From Phycisphaera mikurensis NBRC 102666 (GTDB lineage: Bacteria > Planctomycetota > Phycisphaerae > Phycisphaerales > Phycisphaeraceae), in the NCBI RefSeq assembly GCF_000284115.1, contig NC_017080.1:420001-452000 (forward strand): a stretch of 32,000 nt of DNA. Reading direction: 5' to 3'. The notes under the pieces were generated by a model. The model did not search any database and was not told the DNA's origin. It saw only the letters and a program-made list of their open reading frames with translations. Below, in pieces: positions 20,427 to 29,493 of this stretch (position 1 is the first letter of the stretch; each line of letters begins with the position of its first letter). The translations under genes were made by a program, and so were the position numbers.

Positions 20427-21044
20427 ATGGAGGCGACCGATGGAAGCCGCTCCCCGGTTGCCGTAGAACCTCCCGCTTTGCCCGACGCGACGCCTCCTCC
20501 CACCGCCACGCCCACGCTGCCCGAGGGCATGGGCCTCCGCGCGCTCCTGCGCGAGGACCTCGCCGCCCACGGCGGCGATTGGACGCGGCCGGGCTTCCGC
20601 GCCGTGGCGGTGCACCGGTTCGGGGTCTGGCGGATGGGGGTGGAGCCCAAGATCCTGCGGGCGCCGCTGTCGATTCTGTACCGCTGGGCGTACCGGAAGG
20701 TCCGCAACGGCTACGGCGTGGAGCTGCCGTACGACGCGAAGCTGGGCCGCCGCGTGGTGTTCGAGCACCAAAGCGGGATCGTCATCCACGGCTGCTGCGA
20801 GATCGGCGACGGCTGCGTCATCCGACAGGGCTGCACGCTGGGCAACAAAACGCTGGACCGGCCCTTCGACGCGCCCAAGCTGGGCAGGAACGTGAACGTC
20901 GGCGCCGGGGCGAAGCTGCTCGGAGCGATCACGCTCGGCGACGGCGCGGCGGTGGGGGCCAACGCGGTGCTCACGCGAGACGTGCCGGCGGGCGGGCTGG
21001 CGGTGGGCGTGCCGGCGGTCCTCAAGGAGCGGAGGCCGGCGTGA
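20427..21044 (+). CDS. Serine O-acetyltransferase-like hexapeptide-repeat acyltransferase (start uncertain; ATG at 20529 also plausible)
   Basis: MGLRALLREDLAAHGGDW...GYGVELPYDAKLGRRVVFEHQSGIVIHGCCEIGDGCVIRQGCTLGNK...LGRNVNVGAGAKLLGAITLGDGAAVGANAVLTRDVP. Confidence 0.85.
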   Translation: MEATDGSRSPVAVEPPALPDATPPPTATPTLPEGMGLRALLREDLAAHGGDWTRPGFRAVAVHRFGVWRMGVEPKILRAPLSILYRWAYRKVRNGYGVELPYDAKLGRRVVFEHQSGIVIHGCCEIGDGCVIRQGCTLGNKTLDRPFDAPKLGRNVNVGAGAKLLGAITLGDGAAVGANAVLTRDVPAGGLAVGVPAVLKERRPA

Positions 21045-22135
21045 GCGACGCGACCCCGCAGACCGCACCCGCCCCGCGGATCGGCCTGGTCGCCATCGGC
21101 CGCAACGAGGGCGACCGCCTGCGCGACTGCCTCGACTCGGTGCTGGGCGAGGGGGCCGACGGCCGGTGGAACGGCCAGCCCGAGGCGGTCGTGTACGTCG
21201 ACTCGGGCTCCACCGACGGCAGCGTGGAGCTGGCGGAGAGCCGAGGCGCTTCGGTGGTGGAGCTGGACACCTCGATCCCCTTCACCGCGGCACGGGCACG
21301 CAACGAGGGCCGCGAGCGGCTGCGGGAGGTCGCTCCCGATCTCGGCTTCGTGCAGTTCGTCGACGGCGACTGCACGCTGCGGGCGGGGTGGCTGGAGGCG
21401 GCGGCGGCGACGCTCGCGGCCGAGCCGGACGTCGCCGTCGTGTGCGGGCGTCGACGCGAGCGGTTCCCGCAAGCGACGCGCTGGAACAAGCTCTGCGACA
21501 TGGAGTGGGACACGCCGGTGGGCGAGGCGGCGGCCTGCGGCGGCGACGCGCTGTACCGGCTGCCGGCTTTCGACGCCGTCGGCGGCTTCGATCCGACGTT
21601 CATCTGCGGCGAGGAGCCGCAGCTGTGCCTGCGGCTGCGGCGCGCGGGCCACCGGGTGCTGCGGATCGACCAGGAGATGACGCTGCACGACGCGGCCATG
21701 ACCTCCTGGCGTCAGTGGTGGAAGCGCAGCACCCGCGGCGGCTGGGCCTACGCCGAGGGGGCCGACCGCTACGGCAACGGGCCCGAGGCGTACAACGTGA
21801 AGCAGGACAAGAGCAACGTCTTCTGGGCTTGGGTCTTCCCCGCGATCGTCGGGGTCAGCACGCTGCTGGGGCTGTTCTTCACGCTGTGGTCGCTGCTGCT
21901 CCTGCTGCTGATCCCGGCCGGCTACGCGGTGCTCGCCTGGCGGGTGCGCGGGTACCGCATCGGCCGCGGCGACGGCCCGCGGGACGCGCTGTCGTACGGC
22001 GTGCTGACGGCGCTGGGCAAGTTCCCCTCGGCGGCGGGCCACCGGCGGTACTTCCAGCAGCAGCGGCGCGGCGGGCCGGCGACGCTCATCGAGTACAAGC
22101 CGTCCGGCGCAGCCGGGCAACCGGAGGCCGGATGA
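21041..22135 (+). CDS. Glycosyltransferase family 2 with C-terminal membrane segment (GTG start)
   Basis: RIGLVAIGRNEGDRLRDCLDSVL...VVYVDSGSTDGSVELAESRGASVVELD...FVQFVDGDCTL...GGFDPTFICGEEPQLCLRLRRAGHRVLRID; VSTLLGLFFTLWSLLLLLLIPAG. Confidence 0.9.
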   Translation: MSDATPQTAPAPRIGLVAIGRNEGDRLRDCLDSVLGEGADGRWNGQPEAVVYVDSGSTDGSVELAESRGASVVELDTSIPFTAARARNEGRERLREVAPDLGFVQFVDGDCTLRAGWLEAAAATLAAEPDVAVVCGRRRERFPQATRWNKLCDMEWDTPVGEAAACGGDALYRLPAFDAVGGFDPTFICGEEPQLCLRLRRAGHRVLRIDQEMTLHDAAMTSWRQWWKRSTRGGWAYAEGADRYGNGPEAYNVKQDKSNVFWAWVFPAIVGVSTLLGLFFTLWSLLLLLLIPAGYAVLAWRVRGYRIGRGDGPRDALSYGVLTALGKFPSAAGHRRYFQQQRRGGPATLIEYKPSGAAGQPEAG

Positions 22136-23286
22136 AGCTCGCGATGATCGGCTGCGGCTACGTGGCGAACATGTACCGGCTGACCCTCCCGCTCCACGCG
22201 GAGCTGGAGCTGGTGGGCGTGTGCGACCGCGACGCGGACCGGGCCGCCAAGATGGGCGAGCTGACGGGTGCCCGCGTCTACGCGGACCACGCCGAGGCCT
22301 GCGCCGACCTGTCGGTGGAGCTGGTGCTCAACCTCACCAACCCGGCGAACCACGTGCCGGTGACGCGGGCGGCGCTCGAAGCCGGGAAGCACGTCTTCAC
22401 CGAGAAGCCGGTGGCGCTGGACCAGCAGGAGGCGGCGTCGCTGGTGGCGCTCGCGAGAGAGCGGGGCGTGATGCTGTCGTCGGCGCCCTGCACGCTGCTC
22501 GCCGACGCCGCGCAAACGCTCTGGCGAGCGGTGCGGGAGGAGGAGGTCGGGAAGATCCGGCTGGTGTACGCCGAGATGGAGGACGGGCCGGTCCACCAGA
22601 TGCCGCTGCGGAAGTGGGTGAACGAGGCGGGCGTGCCCTGGCCGTACGTGGACGAGTTCGAGACCGGCTGCACGGTGGAGCACGCCGGCTACGTGCTGTC
22701 GTGGCTGTGCGCGATGTTCGGGCCGGCGAGGAGCGTCACCGCATTTGCGGCGGAGCTGGTGCCGGTGGAGGAGAAGATGCAGCGGCTGCCCGAGGACGCG
22801 TCGGCGGTGAAGGCGGTGGACGACTTCTCGGTCGCGTGCATCCGCTTCGCCTCCGGGCCGGTGGCGCGGCTGACCTGCGGGATCTACGCCAGCCACGACC
22901 ACCGGCTGCGGCTCTTCGGCGACGCGGGGGTGCTGGAGGTCGACGATCCGCGGAGCGACCGCTCCCCGGTTCGGCGGCGGCGGTACCACCAGATCCGCCG
23001 GAAGCGCTTCCTCTCGCCGCTGGCCAGGAAGCTCCCGCTGATCGGGGCCAAGCAGGAGAAAGTGGCCTACCGCGGGAGCCAGAGCCGGGACTTCTGCCGC
23101 GGGATCGCCGAGATGGCGGCGGCGCACCGGGCGGGGCGGCCGCCGCGGCTCGGCGCCGACTTCGCGCTCCACGTCAACGAGCTGACGATGGCGACGCAGA
23201 ACGCCCGGACGACCGGCATGCCGCACGAGCTGGCGACCACCTTCGAGCCGGTGCGGCCCGGCGGGTACCCGGAGGTGAATCCTTGA
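22132..23286 (+). CDS. Gfo/Idh/MocA family oxidoreductase
   Basis: MKLAMIGCGYVANMYRLTLPLHAELELVGVCDRDADRA; FTEKPVALDQQEA. Confidence 0.9.
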   Translation: MKLAMIGCGYVANMYRLTLPLHAELELVGVCDRDADRAAKMGELTGARVYADHAEACADLSVELVLNLTNPANHVPVTRAALEAGKHVFTEKPVALDQQEAASLVALARERGVMLSSAPCTLLADAAQTLWRAVREEEVGKIRLVYAEMEDGPVHQMPLRKWVNEAGVPWPYVDEFETGCTVEHAGYVLSWLCAMFGPARSVTAFAAELVPVEEKMQRLPEDASAVKAVDDFSVACIRFASGPVARLTCGIYASHDHRLRLFGDAGVLEVDDPRSDRSPVRRRRYHQIRRKRFLSPLARKLPLIGAKQEKVAYRGSQSRDFCRGIAEMAAAHRAGRPPRLGADFALHVNELTMATQNARTTGMPHELATTFEPVRPGGYPEVNP

Positions 23287-23339
23287 ACGCGTTGCGTCTG
23301 CGGCATCGGGCTCGTCTGCGGACACGGGGTGTGGCGGAT

Positions 23340-23385
23340 CCGCGGACCGCCGGGGGTTGGGTCTGTTGTCGTCGACGGTCCGCGG
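23340..23385 (+). repeat. 46-bp interrupted palindrome, copy 7: CCGCGGACCG-N26-CGGTCCGCGG (arms extend to 12 bp, 23338-23387)
   Basis: Direct reading; ends 9 nt before the next start codon. Confidence 0.85.
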
Positions 23386-23394
23386 ATTCCGCTC

Positions 23395-24300
23395 ATGGGT
23401 GATCCCGCCCCCATCGCGGTCACCGGCGCGGCCGGGTTCCTCGGCTCGGCGATCCTCGACGCGGCGGCGGAGGCCGGCGTGCCGGTGCGGGCGGTGCTGC
23501 GGGAGGGCTCGACGCTGCCGGGCGGGGGGCGCGAGGGCGTGGAGGTGATTGCCTGCGGGCTCGACGATCCCGAGGCGCTGCGGGCGGCATTCCGCGGGTG
23601 CCGGGCGGTCGTCCACGCGGCGGCGTCGATGCGCGGCGACGGGCGCGACCCGACGGCGACGGTGCTCGACGCGGTCCGGGGGGAGGATCGGCCGCTCGTG
23701 CTGATCAGCTCGCTGAGCGTCTACGGCTTCGAGGCCCTCGAGCCCGGCGACGCGCTCACGGAGGATCGCCTCCGCTTCGACTCCGCGGGCGAGACCGGCC
23801 GCGACGCCTACGCGGCGCTCAAGCTCGGCCAGGAGCGGCACGCCGAGGCGCTGGCGGAGCGGCACCACCCGGTGGTCGTGCTGCGGCCGGGGGTGATCGT
23901 CGGGCCGGGCCGGAGGTGGTCGGCGCGGCTGGGCGTGGCGAAGGGGCCGCTGGCGGTCCGCATCGGCGGCGGGGCGGCGGTGCCGCTGATCGACGTCGCC
24001 GACTGCGGCCGGGCGGCGGTGCGGGCGGCGGTGCTGGAGCCCCAGCCGGGCTTCCGCGCCTTCAACCTCGTCGGCGACGACACGCCGACCCAGCGGGCGT
24101 ACCTGCGGCGGATCCGGCGAGAGGCGGGCGTGAAGGCGATCCTGCCGGTCCCCGCCGGGCTGATCGCCCGGGCCGGCCGCCTGCTGCACCCGCTCCTGGG
24201 CCGCCGGCTGCCCGGCATCCTCCGCCCCGCGGCCTTCGACGCGCGGTTCAAGCCGCTGCGTTATCCCAACGATCAAGCCAGAGCCGCCGGCCTGCTTTGA
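23395..24300 (+). CDS. NAD(P)-dependent SDR / NAD-dependent epimerase
   Basis: PIAVTGAAGFLGSAILDAAAEAGVPVRAVLR; SSLSVYG; catalytic YAALK; LRPGVIVGPGR. Confidence 0.88.
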   Translation: MGDPAPIAVTGAAGFLGSAILDAAAEAGVPVRAVLREGSTLPGGGREGVEVIACGLDDPEALRAAFRGCRAVVHAAASMRGDGRDPTATVLDAVRGEDRPLVLISSLSVYGFEALEPGDALTEDRLRFDSAGETGRDAYAALKLGQERHAEALAERHHPVVVLRPGVIVGPGRRWSARLGVAKGPLAVRIGGGAAVPLIDVADCGRAAVRAAVLEPQPGFRAFNLVGDDTPTQRAYLRRIRREAGVKAILPVPAGLIARAGRLLHPLLGRRLPGILRPAAFDARFKPLRYPNDQARAAGLL

Positions 24301-25538
24301 GCACGACCCCGACCCCCAGCACCGCGCGGATCGCCTACCTCACCGGCGAGTACCCGCGCGCCACCGACACCTTCGTGCAGCGCGAGGTCGACGCGCTGCG
24401 CCGGCGGGGCATCGAGGTCCTGACCTTCAGCGTCCGCGCGACCGACGCCAGCCACCACGTCGGCGAGGAGCAGAGACGCGAGGCGGCGGCGACGTTCGCG
24501 CTGCTTCCGGCGGCGAAGAACCCGCTGAAGCTGCTCGCCGCCCACGCCCGCTGCCTCGCGGCCTCCCCGGGCAGCTGGTTCGCGGGCTTCGCCGCCGCGT
24601 GGGGCCTGCGCTGGCCCGGCCTCGCCGGCGCGGCGTACGCGCTCTTCTACTTCCTGGAGGCCGGCGTGCTCGCGGACCAGCTCCGCCGCAGGAGGGTCTC
24701 GCACCTGCACAACCACTTCGCCAACTCCAGCTGCTCGGTGGCGCTGACCGCGGGGAGGATCGCCGGCATCCCCTTCAGCTTCACGATGCACGGCCCGGCG
24801 ATCTTCTTCGAGCCGCACCGCTGGGCGGTCGGGAAGAAGATCGCCGCCGCCCGCTTCGTCGCGTGCATCAGCCACTACTGCCGCAGCCAGGCGATGATCC
24901 TCTGCGGCCAGGCGCACTGGCCCAAGCTGCACATCGTCCGCTGCGGCATCGAGCCGGAGCGGTACGCGGCGGTCGAGCACCGGGATGCGGGCGTCCGCGG
25001 CGACGGAACGATCCGGCTGCTGTTCGTGGGCCGGCTGGCGGCGGTCAAGGGGCTGCCGGTGCTGCTGGAGGCCTTCGCCAAGCTCCCCGAGCGCTTCCAC
25101 CTCTCGCTGATCGGCGACGGGGCCGACCGGAACGCGCTGGAGGCGGCGGCCGCGGCGCTGCCCGGCTCCGCCTCCGGCCGCGTCGCCTTCGAGGGCTACA
25201 AGAGCCAGGACGAGGTGGCGGCGGCGCTCGCGGAGACCGACGTCTTCGTGCTGCCCAGCTTCGCCGAGGGCGTGCCGGTGGTGCTGATGGAAGCGCTCGC
25301 GTCGGGTGTGCCGGTGGTGGCGACCCCGGTGGCCGGCGTGGGCGAGCTGGTGGGCGATCGGGTCTGCGGGCGGCTGGTGCCGCCGGGCGATGTGGCCTCG
25401 CTCGCGGAGGCCCTGCGGGGCCTGGGCGAGGATGCAACGGTCCGCACCGCCTACGGTTCCGATGGGCGGCAGCGTGTCGCCTCTGCCTTCCACGCCGACC
25501 GCGAAGCCGCGACGCTCGCGAAGCTTCTGCGGCACTGA
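24297..25538 (+). CDS. Glycosyltransferase family 4 (TTG start overlapping upstream stop)
   Basis: RIAYLTGEYPRATDTFVQREVDALRRRGIEVLTFSVR; LLFVGRLAAVKGLPVLLEAFAKL; VFVLPSFAEGVPVVLMEALASGVPVVATPVAGVGELV. Confidence 0.92.
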   Translation: MSTTPTPSTARIAYLTGEYPRATDTFVQREVDALRRRGIEVLTFSVRATDASHHVGEEQRREAAATFALLPAAKNPLKLLAAHARCLAASPGSWFAGFAAAWGLRWPGLAGAAYALFYFLEAGVLADQLRRRRVSHLHNHFANSSCSVALTAGRIAGIPFSFTMHGPAIFFEPHRWAVGKKIAAARFVACISHYCRSQAMILCGQAHWPKLHIVRCGIEPERYAAVEHRDAGVRGDGTIRLLFVGRLAAVKGLPVLLEAFAKLPERFHLSLIGDGADRNALEAAAAALPGSASGRVAFEGYKSQDEVAAALAETDVFVLPSFAEGVPVVLMEALASGVPVVATPVAGVGELVGDRVCGRLVPPGDVASLAEALRGLGEDATVRTAYGSDGRQRVASAFHADREAATLAKLLRH

Positions 25539-25607
25539 AAGGCAAGCCTCCCGCCGATCCTGCCGATAGCCACGCCGGGTGCCTTCGCTGTCCGGGCGGC
25601 TCCCAAG

Positions 25608-25634
25608 GACCCGCCCCCCCCCCGGGGGCGGGTC
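25608..25634 (+). terminator. Strong intergenic hairpin GACCCGCCCCC-ccccc-GGGGGCGGGTC (candidate terminator or processing site)
   Basis: Perfect 11-bp stem between two glycosyltransferase genes; no U-tract. Confidence 0.4.
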
Positions 25635-25669
25635 GGATCCTCCTCCCGACGCCCGGCCCGAACCGCGAG

Positions 25670-26743
25670 ATGAACCCCGGAGCCCCCTCCAGCCGCCGCT
25701 ACTGCCTCATCAGCCCGGTGCGGGACGAGGCGCAGCACATGCGCCGGACCCTCGACAGCGTGCTCGGCCAGACCGAGCCGCCGACGAAGTGGGTGATCGT
25801 CGACGACGGCTCCACCGACGAGACGCCGAAGATCCTCGCGGCCTACGCCGAGAAGTACCCCTGCATCCAGGTCGTCCGGCGGAACCACCGCAGCGGGCGG
25901 CGGGTGGGGCCCGGGGTCATCGAGGCGTTCTACGAGGGCTACCGCGCGATCCGGCCCGAGGACTACGACTACCTCTGCAAGATCGACCTGGACCTCGACC
26001 TGCCGACCGGGTACTTCGAGGTGCTCATCGATCAGATGGAGGCCAACCCGCGGCTGGGCACCTGCTCGGGGAAGCCCTACTTCCCGGCCCCCTCCAACGA
26101 GGAGAAGACCTTCGCGGGGGAGCTCGTCAGCGAGAAGTGCGGCGACGAGATGTCCGTGGGGATGATCAAGTTCTACCGGCGGGAGTGCTTCCTGGAGATC
26201 GGCGGCTTCGTGAGCCAGGTGATGTGGGACGGCATCGATTGCCACCGCGCCCGCATGCACGGCTGGATCGCCTGCTCGTGGGACCACCCTGCGCTCCGCT
26301 TCATCCACCTCCGCCCGATGGGCAGCTCGCAGAAGAGCATCTTCACCGGGCGGATGCGGCACGGCTTTGGTCAGTGGTACATGGGCACGGGCCTGGCGTA
26401 CATGACCGCGAGCACGCTATACCGCCTCAGCCGGCCGCCGATCGTCGTGGGCGGGCTCGCGATGTACTGGGGCTACCTCAAAGCGATGCTCGACAGCCGG
26501 CCGCGCTACGAGGACCCGCTCTTCCGCCGCTTCCTCCGCAGCTACCAGTGGAGCTGCCTGCTCCGCGGGAAGGCGGGAGCGACCCGCCGGATCAACGAGG
26601 CGCAGGCGCCGATCTGGATCCGCGAGCACGGCGGCGTGCGTCGCACCGCGTCGGGTGCCTCCCCGCAGCCCGGCGCAGCGGGCACGCAGCCCCGCGGCTT
26701 CGGCGACGGCACCCTCTACGCCGAAGGCGCCTCCCCGGCCTGA
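25670..26743 (+). CDS. Glycosyltransferase family 2
   Basis: RYCLISPVRDEAQHMRRTLDSVLGQTEPPTKWVIVDDGSTDETPKIL...CKIDLDLDLPTGYFE. Confidence 0.9.
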   Translation: MNPGAPSSRRYCLISPVRDEAQHMRRTLDSVLGQTEPPTKWVIVDDGSTDETPKILAAYAEKYPCIQVVRRNHRSGRRVGPGVIEAFYEGYRAIRPEDYDYLCKIDLDLDLPTGYFEVLIDQMEANPRLGTCSGKPYFPAPSNEEKTFAGELVSEKCGDEMSVGMIKFYRRECFLEIGGFVSQVMWDGIDCHRARMHGWIACSWDHPALRFIHLRPMGSSQKSIFTGRMRHGFGQWYMGTGLAYMTASTLYRLSRPPIVVGGLAMYWGYLKAMLDSRPRYEDPLFRRFLRSYQWSCLLRGKAGATRRINEAQAPIWIREHGGVRRTASGASPQPGAAGTQPRGFGDGTLYAEGASPA

Positions 26744-26759
26744 CCCCCGGCGGTCGCGG

Positions 26760-26780
26760 CCGGTCCTCCTCCCGGACCGG
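26760..26780 (+). terminator. Intergenic hairpin CCGGTCC-tcctccc-GGACCGG
   Basis: Perfect 7-bp stem between glycosyltransferase genes. Confidence 0.3.
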
Positions 26781-26807
26781 GCCGCTCCCGCTTGCTCCTT
26801 CCGTCCC

Positions 26808-28163
26808 ATGCCCGCTCCCGCCGCCGAACCCGCTGCCGACGCCGCGCCGGTGGCGTACCTGGTCAACGCGTACCCGAAGGTGAGCCACGCGTTCATCCGC
26901 CGCGAGATCGCGGCGCTCGAGGCGCTCGGGCAGCCGGTGCAGCGGGTGTCGATCCGGGCGGCGGAGGGCCTTGTCGACCCCGAGGACCTGGAAGAAGCAG
27001 GCCGCACGCGGGTCCTGTTCGAGCCGGCGCGGCTCGTGGGGCCGGCGCTGCGGGCGGCGCTGCGGCCGGGGCGGCTGGCGCGCGCCCTCGGGCAGGCGAT
27101 GGGCATGGCGGCGGCCCGCGGTGGCGGCCTCGCCGGCCGGCTCCGCCACCTGGTCTACCTGGTGGAGGCCTGCCGGCTGCGAGAGCTCGTCGACGCGGCC
27201 GGCGCCCGCCACGTGCACGCCCACTTCGGCACGAACCCCGCGGCGGTGGCCCGGCTGTGCCGGACGCTCGGCGGCCCGCCCTTCTCCTTCACGGTGCACG
27301 GCCCCGAGGAATTCGACCGGCCGGTGGGGCTCTCGCTGGCGAGCAAGGCGGCGGACGCCGCTTTCGTCGCCGCGGTGTCGAGCTTCGGGCGGAGCCAGCT
27401 GATGCGCTGGATCGACCCGCGCGCTTGGGACCGCATCGCCGTCGTGCGGTGCGGGCTCGACGCGGCGTACCTCCAAGCGGGCGACGCGGGGGCCTCCCGG
27501 CCCGCGAAGGCGGACCTCTTCGTGTGCGTCGGGCGGCTGTGCGAGCAGAAGGGCCAGCACCTGCTGGTGGAGGCGGTGGCCCGGCTGGCGGAGGGTGGCT
27601 CGCCGGTCCGGCTCCGCCTGGTCGGAGACGGCCCGATGCGGGCCGACCTGGAGGCTTTCGCCCGCGAGCGCGGAGTCGCCGACCGCGTCGAGTTCACCGG
27701 CAACGCCTCGGCGGAGGCGGTCCGCGGCCACCTGCTCGACGCCCGCGCAATGGCATTGCCGAGCTTCGCCGAGGGGCTTCCGGTGGTGCTGATGGAGGCG
27801 CTGGCGCTGGGCCGGCCGGTCATCAGCACCTACATCGCCGGCATCCCCGAGCTCGTCGACGCCGGGTGCGGCTGGCTCGTGCCCGCCGGGGATGCCGACG
27901 CCCTCGCCGAGGCGATGCGGGCGGCGCTGGCCGCGCCCGCCGCGGACCTGGACGCGATGGGCCGCGAGGGCCGCCGCCGCGTGCTCGAGCGACACGCCGC
28001 GCCGCGAATCGCAGCCCAGCTGCTCGGGCTCTTCGACGACGCCACACCCGCCGGCGAGCGCTCCGCGGCGGTGGCCTCGGCGGAAGCCGAAGCCCACGCG
28101 ACGCCCGAGGACCGGCCCGCGGCGGCGGCCGCCTCCCGTGTGGCCCCCGCGCCCGCGGCCTGA
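26808..28163 (+). CDS. Glycosyltransferase family 4
   Basis: VAYLVNAYPKVSHAFIRREIAALEALGQPVQRVSIR; HVHAHFGTNPAAVARL; FVCVGRLCEQKGQHLLVEAV; ALPSFAEGLPVVLMEALALGRPVISTYIAGIPELV. Confidence 0.93.
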   Translation: MPAPAAEPAADAAPVAYLVNAYPKVSHAFIRREIAALEALGQPVQRVSIRAAEGLVDPEDLEEAGRTRVLFEPARLVGPALRAALRPGRLARALGQAMGMAAARGGGLAGRLRHLVYLVEACRLRELVDAAGARHVHAHFGTNPAAVARLCRTLGGPPFSFTVHGPEEFDRPVGLSLASKAADAAFVAAVSSFGRSQLMRWIDPRAWDRIAVVRCGLDAAYLQAGDAGASRPAKADLFVCVGRLCEQKGQHLLVEAVARLAEGGSPVRLRLVGDGPMRADLEAFARERGVADRVEFTGNASAEAVRGHLLDARAMALPSFAEGLPVVLMEALALGRPVISTYIAGIPELVDAGCGWLVPAGDADALAEAMRAALAAPAADLDAMGREGRRRVLERHAAPRIAAQLLGLFDDATPAGERSAAVASAEAEAHATPEDRPAAAAASRVAPAPAA

Positions 28164-28180
28164 AGACCCGGCGTCCGCCC

Positions 28181-28229
28181 ACCCGCCCACCCGCACCCGC
28201 ACCCGCACCCGCACCCGCACCCGCACCCC
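28181..28229. repeat. Hexanucleotide tandem repeat (ACCCGC)n: six perfect units 28189-28224 plus degenerate flanks
   Basis: acccgcccacccgcacccgcacccgcacccgcacccgcacccgcacccc, intergenic, ending 23 bp before a GTG start. Confidence 0.85.
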
Positions 28230-28251
28230 GCTCGCTCCCGTCCGACCGCCC

Positions 28252-29493
28252 GTGATCTTCGCCCTCGCCCTCCTGACCTCCGCCGCCGCCGTCGCCGTTT
28301 CGGTGCCGATGCTGGTGTTCGTGGTCGAGTGCCTCGCGGCGTTGACTCCGCCGCCGCGGCGGGCCGTGGAGGCCAACCCGCAGGCCCGCCCGAGCCTGGG
28401 CGTGATCGTGCCGGCGCACAACGAGGAGCTCACCCTGGCCGAGTCGCTGGCGGCGCTGATCCCCCAGCTCTGGCCCGGGGACCGCGTGGTGGTGGTCGCC
28501 GACAACTGCACCGACCGCACGGCCGCGATCGCCCGGGCCGCGGGCGCGGAGTGCGTGGAACGCTCGAGCACGACCGAGGTGGGCAAGGGCCACGCGCTCG
28601 CCGCCGGGCTGGACCACCTCCGCGACGCCCCGCCGGCGGTGGTCGTCATCATCGACGCCGACTGCCGGGTGCTCCCCCGGGCGTTGGGCCGGCTCGCCGC
28701 CGCGGCGGCCGCCAACAACGCCCCGGTCCAGTGCGTCTACCTGCTCGAACCGGACCGCGACGGCAGCCCGCTCTCGCGCATGTCCAACTTCGCCTTCCTC
28801 GTGAAGAACCTCGTCCGGCAGCGTGGCCTGATGGTGCTCGGCCAGCCGGCGTTGCTCCAAGGCACCGGCATGGCCTTCCCCTGGATGGTGATCGACGCCG
28901 CCCAGCTTGCCACCGGCCACATCACCGAGGACCTGGTGATCGGCTTGGAGATGCTCGAGCGCGGGCACTCGCCCCGCTTCTGCGACACCGCCCGCGTCGT
29001 CTCGGATCAGGCCGCGCCCGACGCGGAGGTCGCTCAGCGCACCCGCTGGGAGCACGGCTACCTGTCGACGATGATCTCCCGCGGGCCGCGGCTGCTCATC
29101 AAGGGCCTCACCGGGCGGCCCGAGCTGCTGGGGATGGCGGCCGACCTCACCGTGCCGCCGCTCTCGCTGCTGATGATGCTCTACGCGGGCGTGACCGCGC
29201 TGGCCGGGGCCGCGACGCTGGTGACCACCCTGCTGAACCACCCGCTCGCGCTGGCGATGCAGATCGTGCTGGCGTGGCTGGGGCTGCTCGGCGTCGCCTT
29301 CGCGGTGGTGATCACCGCCGTGTGCCGGGTGTTCGCGCGGTCGGTGATGCCGGCATCGACGCTGCTGCAGGCGCCGCTCTACGCGCTTTCGAAGCTGCCG
29401 ATCTACTTCGGCTTCCTCGCGGGCCGCGAAACCCGCTGGGTCCGCACCGAGCGCCACGCCGCGGAGAAGCCGGGCGCCGGGAGCGTCGCGTGA
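28252..29493 (+). CDS. Membrane glycosyltransferase family 2 (processive-type architecture; GTG start)
   Basis: SLGVIVPAHNEELTLAESLAALIPQLWPGDRVVVVADNCTDRTAAIAR...VVIIDADCRVL...HITEDLVIGLEML...QRTRWEHGYLSTM; N- and C-terminal TM segments. Confidence 0.92.
   Translation: MIFALALLTSAAAVAVSVPMLVFVVECLAALTPPPRRAVEANPQARPSLGVIVPAHNEELTLAESLAALIPQLWPGDRVVVVADNCTDRTAAIARAAGAECVERSSTTEVGKGHALAAGLDHLRDAPPAVVVIIDADCRVLPRALGRLAAAAAANNAPVQCVYLLEPDRDGSPLSRMSNFAFLVKNLVRQRGLMVLGQPALLQGTGMAFPWMVIDAAQLATGHITEDLVIGLEMLERGHSPRFCDTARVVSDQAAPDAEVAQRTRWEHGYLSTMISRGPRLLIKGLTGRPELLGMAADLTVPPLSLLMMLYAGVTALAGAATLVTTLLNHPLALAMQIVLAWLGLLGVAFAVVITAVCRVFARSVMPASTLLQAPLYALSKLPIYFGFLAGRETRWVRTERHAAEKPGAGSVA

Noticed and set aside
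23848-26743. Very long composite ORFs such as 24599-26743, 28329-30671, 19386-21044 and 15141-18341
   Set aside because: Only their 3' parts are coding; the upstream extensions overlap other confirmed genes in a different frame, so starts were reset to internal ATG/GTG/TTG codons.
28181-28229. Hexamer array considered as a CRISPR or as coding TR/VR/AG dipeptide repeats
   Set aside because: No spacers between units, and the flanking genes end before and start after it; it is a simple tandem repeat between genes.
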